From the NCBI GenBank assembly GCA_045594005.1, contig JAZNXT010000057.1, forward strand, positions 3,151 to 67,150: DNA of 64,000 bases, in the 5' to 3' direction. Positions 18,162 through 29,100 of this stretch are shown here, one piece after another. A model generated the notes under the pieces. That model saw only the letters and a list, made by a program, of their open reading frames with translations, made no database searches and was not told the DNA's origin. The stretch comes from Victivallales bacterium (GTDB lineage Bacteria; Verrucomicrobiota; Lentisphaeria; Victivallales; UBA1829). The first letter of the stretch is position 1. The number at the start of each line of letters is the position of its first letter. A program made the translations under genes and the position numbers.

Positions 18162-19439
18162 ATGGATCAGAACTGGAAATTGGAAACGCTTGCCGTTCAG
18201 GCGGGTTATGAACCGAAAAACGGCGAACCGCGCGTGGTGCCCATCGCACAAAGCACTACCTACAAGTATGACAATGCACAGCAGGTGGCGGAACTTTTCG
18301 ATCTGAAACGGGAAGGATTTTTCTACACCCGCCTTGCCAATCCCACAGTGGATTGTTTTGAGAAGAAAATGGCTGCACTGGAAGGCGGTGTGGCGGCAGT
18401 GGCTCTCTCTGCCGGTCAATGCGCCAACACTATGGCGATCATGAACTGCTGTACGGCAGGTCAGCATGTGATCGCCAGTGCGGAACTGTACGGCGGCACA
18501 GTTTCTCTTTTCACCAACACATTGAAAAAAATGGGTGTGGAAGTGACGCTGGTACCGGCATCTGCCTCTGTGGAGGAGATCCTGGCTGCGGCAAAAGAAG
18601 AAACGCGGGCGGTGTTTGCGGAAACGCTTTCCAATCCCGCATTGAATGTGCTGGATTTTGAAAAATTTGCCGCTGTGGCAAAAAAACTGGGTGTTCCGTT
18701 CATCGTGGATAACACCTTCCCCACACCTTTCCTGTGCCGTCCTTTTGAATTCGGTGCGGATATTGTGACTCACTCCACCACGAAATATGTGGATGGGCAT
18801 GCGCTTTCCGTGGGGGGGATCGTGATCGAAAAAGGTGATTTCAACTGGAACAACGGGAAATATCCGGAATTTACGGAACCGGATGCCAGTTATCACGGCT
18901 TGATCTATACCCGCGACTTTGCTGCGGCACCGTTCTCGGTGAAACTGCGTGTGCAATGGGTGCGCGACCTGGGTGTACCGATGATGCCCTTCAACGCATT
19001 TTTGAGTCATGTGGGGTTGGAAACGCTCCATCTGCGTATGGAACGCCACAGCGAAAACGCATTGAAACTGGCACAGTACCTCAAGAACCATCCGAAAGTT
19101 GCATGGGTGAAATATCCCTTCCTGGAAGATGACGACCAGTATGCGACGGCGAAAAAATATCTGAAAGGCGGCAGCGGAGTTCTCTGTTTCGGGATGAAAG
19201 GCGGCAAAGCGGCATCGGAAGCAGTGATGAACGAACTGAAGCTGGCAGCTATTGTGGTCCATGTGGCAGATGTGCGTACGGGTGTACTGCATCCGGCGAG
19301 CATGACACACCGTCAGTTGAGCGATGAAGAACTGGTGGCGGCGGGAGTTTCTCCGGAAATGGTCCGTGTGTCTGTGGGGATCGAAAGTATTGATGACATC
19401 ATTGCCGACTTTGCACAGGCGATGGAAAAAGTGAATTGA
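18162..19439 (+). CDS. metY: O-acetylhomoserine/O-acetylserine sulfhydrylase (Cys/Met metabolism PLP enzyme)
   Basis: 425 aa. [12 protein letters not shown]..., the PLP lysine block [10 protein letters not shown], and C-terminal VRVSVGIE. Confidence 0.88.
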   Translation: MDQNWKLETLAVQAGYEPKNGEPRVVPIAQSTTYKYDNAQQVAELFDLKREGFFYTRLANPTVDCFEKKMAALEGGVAAVALSAGQCANTMAIMNCCTAGQHVIASAELYGGTVSLFTNTLKKMGVEVTLVPASASVEEILAAAKEETRAVFAETLSNPALNVLDFEKFAAVAKKLGVPFIVDNTFPTPFLCRPFEFGADIVTHSTTKYVDGHALSVGGIVIEKGDFNWNNGKYPEFTEPDASYHGLIYTRDFAAAPFSVKLRVQWVRDLGVPMMPFNAFLSHVGLETLHLRMERHSENALKLAQYLKNHPKVAWVKYPFLEDDDQYATAKKYLKGGSGVLCFGMKGGKAASEAVMNELKLAAIVVHVADVRTGVLHPASMTHRQLSDEELVAAGVSPEMVRVSVGIESIDDIIADFAQAMEKVN

Positions 19440-19453
19440 GCGGAGTTGCGGAT

Positions 19454-19996
19454 ATGGAAAATGAAGTCCGTTCCATCCTTCTTGAGATCGGAGAAGATCC
19501 CCAGCGGGAAGGACTGCTGAAGACACCGGAGCGCGTTCAGCGCAGCTGGGAATATCTGACCAGAGGTTACAAGCAGAATCTGACAGACGTGGTGCATGGA
19601 GCCATATTTGAGGAAAACGCCGACGATATGGTGATCGTGAAGGATATTGAATTTTACAGCATGTGTGAACACCATCTGCTGCCGTTTTTCGGCAAATGCC
19701 ATATCGGTTACATTCCCCGTGGAAAAATTCTGGGTGTGAGCAAACTTGCGCGGATCGTGGATATGTTCGCACGCCGTCTGCAGGTGCAGGAACGCTTGTG
19801 CCGTCAGGTTGCCGATGCCATTCAGGACGTATTGGCACCTGAAGGTGTGGGCGTGGTGATGGAGGCACAGCATTTGTGTATGCTGATGCGCGGAGTGCAG
19901 AAACAGAACAGCGTCATGGAAACATCGTCCATGCTGGGAAGTTTCCGCGATGAAGCGCAGACGCGCGCAGAATTTCTGAAACTCATCAAGGGGTGA
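19454..19996 (+). CDS. folE: GTP cyclohydrolase I
   Basis: [37 protein letters not shown] 19454 is preferred to the TTG at 19436 used by the track. Confidence 0.92.
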   Translation: MENEVRSILLEIGEDPQREGLLKTPERVQRSWEYLTRGYKQNLTDVVHGAIFEENADDMVIVKDIEFYSMCEHHLLPFFGKCHIGYIPRGKILGVSKLARIVDMFARRLQVQERLCRQVADAIQDVLAPEGVGVVMEAQHLCMLMRGVQKQNSVMETSSMLGSFRDEAQTRAEFLKLIKG

Positions 19997-20000
19997 CGCG

Positions 20001-20444
20001 ATGCGTGCTTTGATCCAGCGGGTGAGAAAAGCCTCGGTGACGATCGATGGCAGAATCGCGGGAGAAATCGGTGCGGGTCTGCTGATCCTTTTCGGAGTCA
20101 CCCACAGTGATACGGAAAAAGATGCTGTATATCTGGCGGAAAAAGTGGCGAATCTGCGTATTTTCTGCGATGAGGAAGGGAAGATGAACCGTTCGCTCAT
20201 CGAATCCGGCGGAGAAGCATTGGTGGTGTCGCAGTTCACGCTGTACGGGGATTGCCGCAAAGGCAGACGCCCGGGTTTCAGCGAAGCGGCACTTCCGGCA
20301 CAGGCGATCCCGCTGTACGAAAAATTTGTGGCTCTGATGAAAGAGCATCTTGGGAAAGATGTTCCCACAGGTGAATTCGGCGCGGATATGCTGGTGGCAT
20401 TGGAGAATGACGGACCCGTGACATTTATGGTGGAATCGAAGTGA
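20001..20444 (+). CDS. dtd: D-aminoacyl-tRNA deacylase
   Basis: 147 aa. MRALIQRV...LLILFGV...VSQFTLYGD...GRRPGF, typical of Dtd. Confidence 0.92.
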   Translation: MRALIQRVRKASVTIDGRIAGEIGAGLLILFGVTHSDTEKDAVYLAEKVANLRIFCDEEGKMNRSLIESGGEALVVSQFTLYGDCRKGRRPGFSEAALPAQAIPLYEKFVALMKEHLGKDVPTGEFGADMLVALENDGPVTFMVESK

Positions 20445-21598
20445 TCGCCGGACGGAAAAAGCGTGTTGCCGTATTGGGCGCGACGGGATCGGTGGGGACC
20501 AGTGCCATGCGTGTTCTGCGAGCCATGGGCGATCAGTGGGATGTGGTGCTGCTTTCCGCAGGCGGCGGGCGTATTGATGCGCTTGCCGCGTTGACGGCGG
20601 AATTTGCTGTTCCCCATGCAGTCACTGCGGATGCCGCGCAGCTCCCGCATCTGCGGGCTCTGCTGCCATCCACTGCGACTGCGTACGGGGGAAATGACGC
20701 GCTCTGCGCATTGCTCCGTGAACTGGACATTGATCTTGTGATCTGTGCCATTGTGGGATTGGCGGCATTGGAACCCGCCATTGCGGCATTGGGATCGGGC
20801 AAACGGCTTGCCCTTGCCAGCAAGGAAGTGCTGGTGACGGCGGGATCGCTTGTGATGGATCTCGCGCGCGAAAAAAACATTACGATCCTGCCGGTGGACA
20901 GCGAACACAGTGCGCTTTTTCAGTGTCTGGACAGACATGATCCCGCTGAAGTGGAAAAGCTGCTGCTGACAGCCAGCGGCGGTCCGTTCCGGAAGACACC
21001 GGCGGCGGATCTTGCGAAGGTGACATTTGATCAGGCGATGGCTCATCCCACGTGGAACATGGGCCCGAAAGTGACATTGGATTCTGCCACATTGATGAAC
21101 AAGGCATTGGAGATGATCGAAGCGCATCATCTTTTCGGTGTTTCTGCGGAAAAGATCGAAGTGGTGGTACATCCCCAATCGATCATTCATTCCATGGTGG
21201 AGTGGTGTGACGGTGCGGTTTCTGCACTTTTGAGTGTGCCGGACATGCGTTTTCCGGTACAATATGCATTGACATATCCGGAACGGATGGACGCGGGTCT
21301 GCCGAAACTGGATTGGACGGCGATGAAGGATCTGACATTTGAGGCACCGGATGAATCCAGATTCCCGTCGCTGACATTTGCCCGACATGCGATGCGTGAA
21401 GAAGGCACGATGGCGGCGGTGATGCTGGCAGCCAATGAAACGGCGTGTGACCGTTTCTGCCGGGGAGAAGTCACGCTGCCGGACATTTGGAGAATCATTG
21501 AGCGGACAATGTCAGTTCATCAGAATAAAAAAACAGTGGATCTTGCGGAGATCCGGGAAGCTGACCGCTGGGCGCGGTCGTATGCGTCAACGATATAA
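20441..21598 (+). CDS. dxr: 1-deoxy-D-xylulose 5-phosphate reductoisomerase
   Basis: 385 aa. [42 protein letters not shown]. The GTG start overlaps the dtd stop (GTGA). Confidence 0.93.
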   Translation: MIAGRKKRVAVLGATGSVGTSAMRVLRAMGDQWDVVLLSAGGGRIDALAALTAEFAVPHAVTADAAQLPHLRALLPSTATAYGGNDALCALLRELDIDLVICAIVGLAALEPAIAALGSGKRLALASKEVLVTAGSLVMDLAREKNITILPVDSEHSALFQCLDRHDPAEVEKLLLTASGGPFRKTPAADLAKVTFDQAMAHPTWNMGPKVTLDSATLMNKALEMIEAHHLFGVSAEKIEVVVHPQSIIHSMVEWCDGAVSALLSVPDMRFPVQYALTYPERMDAGLPKLDWTAMKDLTFEAPDESRFPSLTFARHAMREEGTMAAVMLAANETACDRFCRGEVTLPDIWRIIERTMSVHQNKKTVDLAEIREADRWARSYASTI

Positions 21599-21612
21599 GG
21601 AGGAAAGATTTT

Positions 21613-23271
21613 ATGGAATTATTTTTGCAGATTTTGAAGATTGCGGGATCGGCAGCCTTTATGGTATTCTTTTTCGGGATGTGTATTTTCATACACGAAT
21701 TGGGGCATTTTCTTGCGGCGCGCTGGTGCGGACTCCATATCGTGGCATTTTCCATCGGTTTCAAAAAAGTCTGGTCGAAAAAAATCAATGGTGTGGAATA
21801 CCGGATCGGCTGTATTCCCGTGGGAGGATATGTGGATCTGCCGCAAATCGATTCTTCCGATGATAAAGTGGTGGATGAAAACGGCAACGAACTGCCGCCG
21901 GTCGCTCCGTGGAAACGGATGGTGACAGCATTTGCCGGACCGCTTTTCAATATTCTTTTTGCATTGGTGCTGGGTTGTGTGATCTGGATCGCGGGTCTGC
22001 CGCAGGGGACACCGAAAGCGGAAAGTTTCCGGGTCACATCGATCCAGATCGAATCACCTGAATTTCAGGCGGGGCTTCGTCCGGGAGATGAGATCATTGA
22101 ATTCAATGGGGAAAAATTTTCTTTCACCTGGAGTGATTTTGCGCGGGAAGTGATGCTGAATGTGGGGGATGTGGATCTGACGGTCCGCAAGACCGATGGC
22201 AGTACCGGTCATGTGATCTACCGGCCGGAAGTCAACAGACAGGTCATGCCCAATGCGAAAGTGGCGATGCCATTTTTCACGGTGGATGTACCTGTTGAAG
22301 TGACGCCATTGGAAGGATCGCCCGCAGAGAAAGCAGGGATCCGGACCGGCGACCGGATCGAAACGCTGAACGGGAAAAAAATATATTGGCAGGATATGCT
22401 CAATGCCATCCGTTTTTCCGATGGGAAAGCGGTCACGCTGGGGATCCGTCGCGGTGAAACGGTACAGGAAGTGAGCGTTACGCCGGAACATGACGGAGAA
22501 AGTTACACTTTTGCCGCGCTCTTTTCCCCCAATGAAGATATGCTTGTGGAACATATTTATCCCGGAACAACGGATCTGACGGGATTGAAAGTCAATGACA
22601 AGATCCTGAAAGTGGACGGGCAGGAAACGGCAGATCTTTCTGCGTTTTACGGAGCGGTACTCAACAAAAAAGATACGCCTTTTGTGCTGACTGTTCAGCG
22701 GGGGAAAGAGATCCTGGATCTGACGGTGAAACTTTCAAGATCCTGCAAGATCGGCGTGATGCTTCAGGGGATCAGCCACCCGGATCCTGTCAGACAGCTG
22801 TGGAATGTGCTGGAACTCACGGGCAGATCATTGAAAAGCGTTTCTGCCGGAGTGCGCCGGAAACTGGGATCCACCAGTGCAGGACACACCACATTGGGAC
22901 CGCAGCATTTCAGCGGACCGCTGGGGATCGGTCAGACATTGTATCAATCGGTGTATAAAGGATCACTCATCATCGGATTGAATCTGGTGGTGATGATCTC
23001 CTTCAGTCTGGGCTTGTTCAATCTTCTGCCGATCCCGGTACTGGATGGGGGACACATCATGCTTTCACTGCTGGAAATGATCACCCGGAGAAAACTTTCC
23101 GCAAAGATCCTCCAGCCCATTATGTATTTCTTCATCTTCGTTTTGATCGGATTCATGCTGTATGTGACATTTTTTGACATCAAACGGCTGATCCCGGAGG
23201 AACCGGAGGAACCCGGCACGATCATGACCGAATACAATATGCATAAGATCGGATCCGGAGCGGAAAAATGA
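21613..23271 (+). CDS. rseP: RIP metalloprotease RseP (site-2 protease, M50) with PDZ domains
   Basis: 552 aa. HELGHFLAARWCG (HExxH) in TM1, PDZ-like repeats, and C-terminal NLLPIPVLDGGH. Confidence 0.9.
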   Translation: MELFLQILKIAGSAAFMVFFFGMCIFIHELGHFLAARWCGLHIVAFSIGFKKVWSKKINGVEYRIGCIPVGGYVDLPQIDSSDDKVVDENGNELPPVAPWKRMVTAFAGPLFNILFALVLGCVIWIAGLPQGTPKAESFRVTSIQIESPEFQAGLRPGDEIIEFNGEKFSFTWSDFAREVMLNVGDVDLTVRKTDGSTGHVIYRPEVNRQVMPNAKVAMPFFTVDVPVEVTPLEGSPAEKAGIRTGDRIETLNGKKIYWQDMLNAIRFSDGKAVTLGIRRGETVQEVSVTPEHDGESYTFAALFSPNEDMLVEHIYPGTTDLTGLKVNDKILKVDGQETADLSAFYGAVLNKKDTPFVLTVQRGKEILDLTVKLSRSCKIGVMLQGISHPDPVRQLWNVLELTGRSLKSVSAGVRRKLGSTSAGHTTLGPQHFSGPLGIGQTLYQSVYKGSLIIGLNLVVMISFSLGLFNLLPIPVLDGGHIMLSLLEMITRRKLSAKILQPIMYFFIFVLIGFMLYVTFFDIKRLIPEEPEEPGTIMTEYNMHKIGSGAEK

Positions 23272-24350
23272 CAACGCGTGCCATCAGAGTCGGGTCGGTA
23301 AAGATCGGAGGCGGTGCGCCCGTTTCCGTTCAATCCATGACAAATACGCCCACAAAAGATGCTGCTGCGACCATTGCACAGATCCGGGCATTGGCGGATC
23401 GCGGCTGCGAGATCGTGCGGCTGGCAGTGCCGGATATGGCTTCGGCGGAAGCATTGCACGAGATCGTTCCCGCGAGCAGTGTGCCGCTGGTGGCGGATAT
23501 TCATTTCAATCACGAACTGGCATTGCGGTCCATTGCCGCAGGGATCCATGCGGTGCGGATCAATCCCGGCAATATCGGGAGCGGAAAGAAAGTTGCAGCC
23601 GTGGCGGAAGCGGCGGGGAATGCCAATATCCCCATCCGTGTCGGAGTGAACGGCGGCAGTCTTCCGGAAGGATTGCTGGAAGAAAAATTAACATTATTTC
23701 ACGGAGATCACGGCCGCGCAATGGCGGCGGCTCTCTGCGAAGCGGCACATCTGGAGACGGCACAACTGGAAAAATGCGGATTCAGAGATATTGCCGTTTC
23801 CCTGAAAGCCAGTTCCGTACCCGTCACCGTGGCGGCATACCGTCAGTTTTCCGCAGAAACAGATTATCCCCTGCATGTGGGAGTGACGGAAGCGGGAACT
23901 CCTTACCGCGGTATCATCAAAAGTGCAGCCGGGATCGGAGCATTGCTGCTGGACGGGATCGGCGACACCATCCGCGTCAGCCTGACCGCCGACCCCTGCG
24001 AAGAAGTCAAATGCGCCATTGCGCTGCTGGAATCCATCGGATTGCGGGAGGCGCGCCCGGAAATCGTGTCGTGTCCGACTTGCGCCCGGACAGCGTATGA
24101 TCTTTTTGCCATGGCTGATAAAGTGGAAACGCTCGTGGCACAACTCCATGCCCGGAAGAAACAAATCAAAATCAAAAAGATCGCCGTTATGGGATGCGTC
24201 GTGAACGGTCCCGGAGAAGCGAAAAATGCCGACATCGGCGTGGCAGGTGCCGGCAACGGGAAACTGATGCTTTTCCGCTTCGGAAAACCTTTTGCCACTC
24301 TCCCCGAAGCAGAAGCTTTTGAATTGCTGAAACAGACTTTGGAAGAATAA
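23268..24350 (+). CDS. ispG: 4-hydroxy-3-methylbut-2-en-1-yl diphosphate synthase
   Basis: 360 aa. VQSMTNT, RINPGNIG, SCPTCART, GCVVNGPGEA. ATGA overlap with rseP. This is the classical dxr-rseP-ispG arrangement. Confidence 0.93.
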   Translation: MTTRAIRVGSVKIGGGAPVSVQSMTNTPTKDAAATIAQIRALADRGCEIVRLAVPDMASAEALHEIVPASSVPLVADIHFNHELALRSIAAGIHAVRINPGNIGSGKKVAAVAEAAGNANIPIRVGVNGGSLPEGLLEEKLTLFHGDHGRAMAAALCEAAHLETAQLEKCGFRDIAVSLKASSVPVTVAAYRQFSAETDYPLHVGVTEAGTPYRGIIKSAAGIGALLLDGIGDTIRVSLTADPCEEVKCAIALLESIGLREARPEIVSCPTCARTAYDLFAMADKVETLVAQLHARKKQIKIKKIAVMGCVVNGPGEAKNADIGVAGAGNGKLMLFRFGKPFATLPEAEAFELLKQTLEE

Positions 24351-24385
24351 AGTGCCGAGGCGCGGTGGTAGGTTGTAGAAAGAAT

Positions 24386-24425
24386 TACGGGGAAAAACTT
24401 TTTTGAATAAAAGTTTTTCCCCGTA
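24386..24425 (+). terminator. Perfect 17-bp hairpin downstream of ispG (likely terminator)
   Basis: TACGGGGAAAAACTTTT (24386-24402) and AAAAGTTTTTCCCCGTA (24409-24425) with a 6-nt loop, followed by CCCCTTTT. Confidence 0.5.
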
Positions 24426-24450
24426 CCCCTTTTCAAAAAACTTTTATTCG

Positions 24451-24485
24451 CGAAGCAGTCACAGCGAAACGCTGTGACTGCTTCG
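24451..24485. repeat. Perfect 16-bp inverted repeat (hairpin)
   Basis: CGAAGCAGTCACAGCG - AAA - CGCTGTGACTGCTTCG. Confidence 0.7.
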
Positions 24486-24585
24486 ACTCGTTAAAAAGGG
24501 GGGTGCGGAAGGATTGCGCCGGAGATTTGCGTTTTTGCAAGGCAAGGGCGAGGGAGTGGATTCTACATCCATGACCGAGCCCGCG

Positions 24586-24678
24586 TCCGAAGCAAAGGCA
24601 CAAAGATCCAAGCAAGACAACGCACCCGACTGCATCCGAAGCAAAGGCACAAAGATCCAAGCGAGACAACGCACCCCC
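24586..24678. repeat. 49-bp tandem duplication carrying the AAGGC(A/G)CAAAGATCCAAGC(A/G)AGACAACGC(A/G)CC motif, 2 copies
   Basis: TCCGAAGCAAAGGCACAAAGATCCAAGC.AGACAACGCACCC starts at 24586 and again at 24635. A third copy of the core is at 54287-54318. Confidence 0.8.
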
Positions 24679-24684
24679 TATGGT

Positions 24685-25971
24685 TTATTCCTGGGGTCCG
24701 ATCTCTGCCACATTATTACAGGTGTAGTGGGGGGGGACCTGACAGGTCAGAGAAATGGGTTTGCCTTCCTTGCCGAAAGTTTCCACAGGATAAACATCGT
24801 AGCGATAGAATTTTCCGGGTTCCACAGAATTGGGGGGAAGACGGAACACATAACGCGGATCGCAGTTGCGCAAAAGGCGGTAGAAGTGGGAAACATAACG
24901 GAATTCCATCACTTTTCCATCGGAACCATCAGGCTCGATCTCAGTGGCGGTGATGCGGTAGAAGTGTGTGAAATCATCGTGTTTCGCTTCGTTGAAAACG
25001 AGATAGACAAACCCGTAGTCGATACGGAAATAAACATCGGTACCGGGTTCAAATTCGGGTGCGGTGCGCACGGCGGCACGGCGTTCAAAACTGTAAACGG
25101 GATCTGCCGGAGAATAGGGCAGAGCGATATTCCAGATGCGGTCCGGCTTGATCTCGTGACCGTCTTCCGCGTTGTAACGGTGGATCTCCAGACGGTCTTC
25201 AAAAATATCCATGACCATGATCCCCAATGCTTCACGGCCGAACGGCAGGATGGGGCCGCACACATTGACACAGCGTTCTTCGATACAGCCGTAACTCAAA
25301 GAGGATGTATTGATGGCAGTGAACTCACCCTGCCAGATGCAGCGTTCATCTTCCAGCGGACAATGGGAGTGGGAGGAAAAAGAAATGACCTGCGGAAAAT
25401 CATTGAACACTTTGCGCAATCCGGCTCTGCCGCCTTTGATCCCGCCGGCACAAGTGCCTTTCGGCTGGAAATGGGTAATGACAAAAATCGGTTTGGACGC
25501 ATCTCTTGCCACAGCTTTTTCCAATGCGGGACGCAGCAGTCTTTCGCAATCTTCTTCACTGTAATTGCTCTTGTTGTTGGTGGAGAATGCAATAAAATCG
25601 TATCCGGCAATGGTCTTGCAGACGGGATCCGTTTCTTCATCGCCGAAGATGCGGCAGAAATCGGAAAAGATCTGTTCCTGACTGCGTTCACTGACACCGG
25701 GATGACTCCAGAAATCGTGATTTCCGGCGCAGGAAACCTGAACGGGCATTTTTTCCGTAAAATATTTTTTGACCATTTCCTGATAATATTCCAGTGGCGC
25801 AACGCTGTCGCCGCCGTCGGCAATATCGCCGCCGTTCATCAAGACATCGATTTTCTGATCTGCCAGGATGCGGAAGGCTTTTTCGCAGTTGTGCATACCC
25901 CAATCCTGAGAATAGGCATAGGCTTGGACATCGCTGATGATCCCGACACGCAGTACAGGTTTTCCGGACAT
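24685..25971 (-). CDS. Calcineurin-like metallophosphoesterase with a C-terminal beta-rich domain
   Basis: Start moved to ATG 25971 (AGGAGA upstream). Motifs VGIISDVQ, GGDIADGGD, AGNHDFW and ITHF fit the metallophosphatase pattern. Confidence 0.8.
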   Translation of the reverse strand: MSGKPVLRVGIISDVQAYAYSQDWGMHNCEKAFRILADQKIDVLMNGGDIADGGDSVAPLEYYQEMVKKYFTEKMPVQVSCAGNHDFWSHPGVSERSQEQIFSDFCRIFGDEETDPVCKTIAGYDFIAFSTNNKSNYSEEDCERLLRPALEKAVARDASKPIFVITHFQPKGTCAGGIKGGRAGLRKVFNDFPQVISFSSHSHCPLEDERCIWQGEFTAINTSSLSYGCIEERCVNVCGPILPFGREALGIMVMDIFEDRLEIHRYNAEDGHEIKPDRIWNIALPYSPADPVYSFERRAAVRTAPEFEPGTDVYFRIDYGFVYLVFNEAKHDDFTHFYRITATEIEPDGSDGKVMEFRYVSHFYRLLRNCDPRYVFRLPPNSVEPGKFYRYDVYPVETFGKEGKPISLTCQVPPHYTCNNVAEIGPQE

Positions 25972-26120
25972 ATTTTTCTCCTGAGTTCTGGTTGATGATT
26001 TGTGATAAGATTTTGTGTAAAGATAGCACAGACTCACCACATTTCAAGGAAGTATCGGAAATATGTAAAAACTTTCTGAAAAATTTTTCATTTTTCTTTC
26101 GTCATACAGGATTTTGCACC

Positions 26121-26148
26121 TTGACAAATGGCAAATAGCGGTTACAAT
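26121..26148 (+). promoter_or_regulatory. Near-consensus sigma70-type promoter of the giant repeat-protein gene
   Basis: TTGACA (26121-26126), a 16-nt spacer, then TACAAT (26143-26148), about 40 nt upstream of ATG 26186. Confidence 0.55.
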
Positions 26149-26185
26149 ATATACTGTATAAAAATAAAAATGGAATCGAAGTCTT

Positions 26186-29100
26186 ATGAGCGCGGGAATG
26201 ATTACAGCACAGGAGATCTTTCTGATCTTCGAAAGGAATACCGGTGATGTGATCACCGTCAACGGTACGGAATATACCGTTGGGAACGGCAGCTCTTTTG
26301 ACTCGGTTGCAGATGCGGTCGAAGCGGATGCGATCAAAACATCCAATACGGACGCGGTGATCTTTACAAATCTCGGAACCACAAAAGAAGACATCAGCAG
26401 TCTGGATCCCCTTTACGGGCAGACAGCAGGTGCGAACCTGATCTTCAACGGGGCATTTTCCGGTTCTCTCCGGGGAACTGTGTCAACGGATGGCACAGCC
26501 GGTATTGTGCTGCTCACATTCAGCGGCAGCGATACCGTGGGTGCATTTGATTATTTTGCGCCGTGGGACAGAGCGGTCACGGACGGCGGACTGTATATCA
26601 CGGTGAGCAATGGTGCAAAAGTGACAGGTGATACTGCGGTATTTGTTTCCGGCAGTGAAATGCTTGTAACGGGCAGAGGTTCGCAATTCCACACGGATGA
26701 TCTGGTCATGACCGGCGGTTTGCTGGCGGCGACTTCGGACAGTACACTTTCTCTCGCCGGAGGCAGGATCGGCGGATACGGCACAAAGGTCGCGGCAGAC
26801 AGAAACAGTTTGCTCTACATGACAAATATCACAGTGGAAAATGAAGCACAGATCGCGACGGAAGATGCAAAAGTTTTCGTGAAGAATGCGCTCACACTTT
26901 CCGGAGGAAGTCTGCTTACACTGAAAAACGGCAGCCTGACTTTGGCGCAGGATGATACAGTCATCACCCTTTCAGGCGGAAAGATCGCACTGAAAGGAAC
27001 GGCGGAATTTGAGTTCAGCAGCGGCGGGATCGTGCTGGCGGCGGGATCGAAAAACAATGAGATCACCGTATCGGATGGGGCAAGTCTGAGGGTCGGCATA
27101 CTGAATGCAAGTGCGGCGGGCAGCGATGCACTGACCGTAAAATTGGAGATCACGGAAGAAACGGCAACCGATCAGGTGATGCTGACCGTGGGCGGTCTCG
27201 GCGGCAGTTGGAGCCTGACGGAAGAAAATTATTATGTCTGGGAAGGCACGCCGGTAAATGTGCTGGTGACATTGAGTGATGGTTTTGAGGCGATCGATCA
27301 GCGTTACAAGCTGATGGATGCAGAAATTGAGTATAAGAATATAAAATTTAACATAACACAGGAAATGGCGGATCTCGGATACTGCGTGATCAGAACGGCA
27401 GACGGGATCTACTTGAGCGAAAGGAAAATTGACATGAGTACGATTATCGTCAATTCAGAATGGGCAGGTCAGAGCGGAGAAGTCACCTACAACGGTGAAA
27501 CTTACACCATCGGCACAAACGCGTTTGCGACCTACGAAAGTGCAGTTGACACGATCAAACAGCAGGCAGAGAAGCCGGTAAGCATCATTGTGAACACGCC
27601 GGGATCCGCGATCACCTTCAGCGATGCAACTGTCAGTGCCCGATTCTCCGGTGGAAAATCTGCGGTGACGGATGTGACGGTCACGGCGGGCGACATCGGT
27701 GTTTCCTGGGACGGCAGCCTGGCTTATACCGGAAATGTCTCCGGAACTTTCAAGGTGGATTTCACCGGGTTCAACGATGCGAATCTGGACAAGGAAAGCG
27801 TATATACCCTGCTTTACGGTGCGGAAGCCACCGGCAGCAGTTCTGTGACGCTCGTCAACGAAGACAGCCTTATTGCCGGTTGGAATCAAAAAGTTGTTGA
27901 CGGCTCGGTCCTCCTCTGGAACGATGCTCTTTTCGCGGATGCGGATCTGGTGATCGACGCCACGCTCGCCGATAAAAAACAGGGCTACACTTACACAGTC
28001 AACGGCAAGTCCTACACCTACGGGCTGACCGCCTATACCAGTGTTTCCACGGCGAAAGCATCTGAACTGACCACATCCAATCCGGCATCCGTGACTTTTG
28101 TCGGCGATACCGGGATGAGCGATATCAGCGGACTCAATTCCGGGGACAAAGCCTGGACGGGGATGAACATCACCGTGACCGGCGATCTTTCCTATGCGGG
28201 CAACATTCCTGTGGGCGAAGAAGGATATCCCACCGGCTCCCTGAAAGTGCAGGGGAAAATTTCCGGCACCATGGATGCGACTATTACCATCAACTGCAGC
28301 AACAATTCCGATAAACTGCTTGTTACCAATGGGATCGAAGGTGTTTCAAAGATCACGGCGACTGTGACCGGAGAAGGCAATGACAAGATCTCCCTCGGTG
28401 CGATCACAGGCGGAAGCGGCGAAAAAGTGATGGAGATCATCTCCAGCGATGTGACAGCGACATCTGTGACGGGCAATGTAAAAGTCAGCGGGAACCTGAA
28501 TGTGAAAGATGTGAGTGCGGCGGGCGACTTGACTGCGGGCTCCATCATTCTTTCCGGCAGTTCCGCTCTGAAGATCAACGAAAAACTGGTTCTGGAAGAC
28601 GGCGGCAATACGGCATCCAAAGCGACCGATCTGATCACGACGGATTCCGGCGATGCGGCAGAACTTCTGCTCAGTGCCAGCGATACGCTCACCATTTCCA
28701 ATCTGACGGTGAAAAAAGATCTGACCATCGGCGATATGGAAAACGGTTATACCGGGCTGGTACTGCTCACCGGAAAAAACACCACACTGACTGTGGATGC
28801 CGGAAAAACGCTGACGATCTCTGCGGAACAGGCGATCCGCTTTATGAAATTCAAAAATTTCAATATCGGCAGCGGTGCGAAACTGGTCATCAAAGGCGGC
28901 GCGCTGAATGTGGAAGAAATGAATGAAGCCACTGAATTTTTCAAAGGCAAAAACTTCAGCAATGTGGGTTTTGAAGACACCACGCTTTCCGATGTCGAAA
29001 ACATTACCGTCAACGCAAAAGGCTCTTCGCTGGATGATATTTCCGGTATTTTCAATTCCGGGACTTTCAACGGGACCGTGGGCAACAACAAACTGGATAT

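Noticed and set aside
24433-24669. ORFs beginning MSRLDLCAF at 24433-24669 and again at 54112-54312, suggesting a duplicated small gene.
   Set aside because: The shared N-terminus is simply the translation of the shared ~33-nt DNA motif from a TTG codon. The downstream sequences are unrelated and low-complexity.
26044-26394. A 116-aa minus-strand ORF overlapping the promoter and 5' end of the giant gene.
   Set aside because: It covers an AT-rich promoter region plus the antisense of the giant ORF. It has no motif and no Shine-Dalgarno-like sequence.
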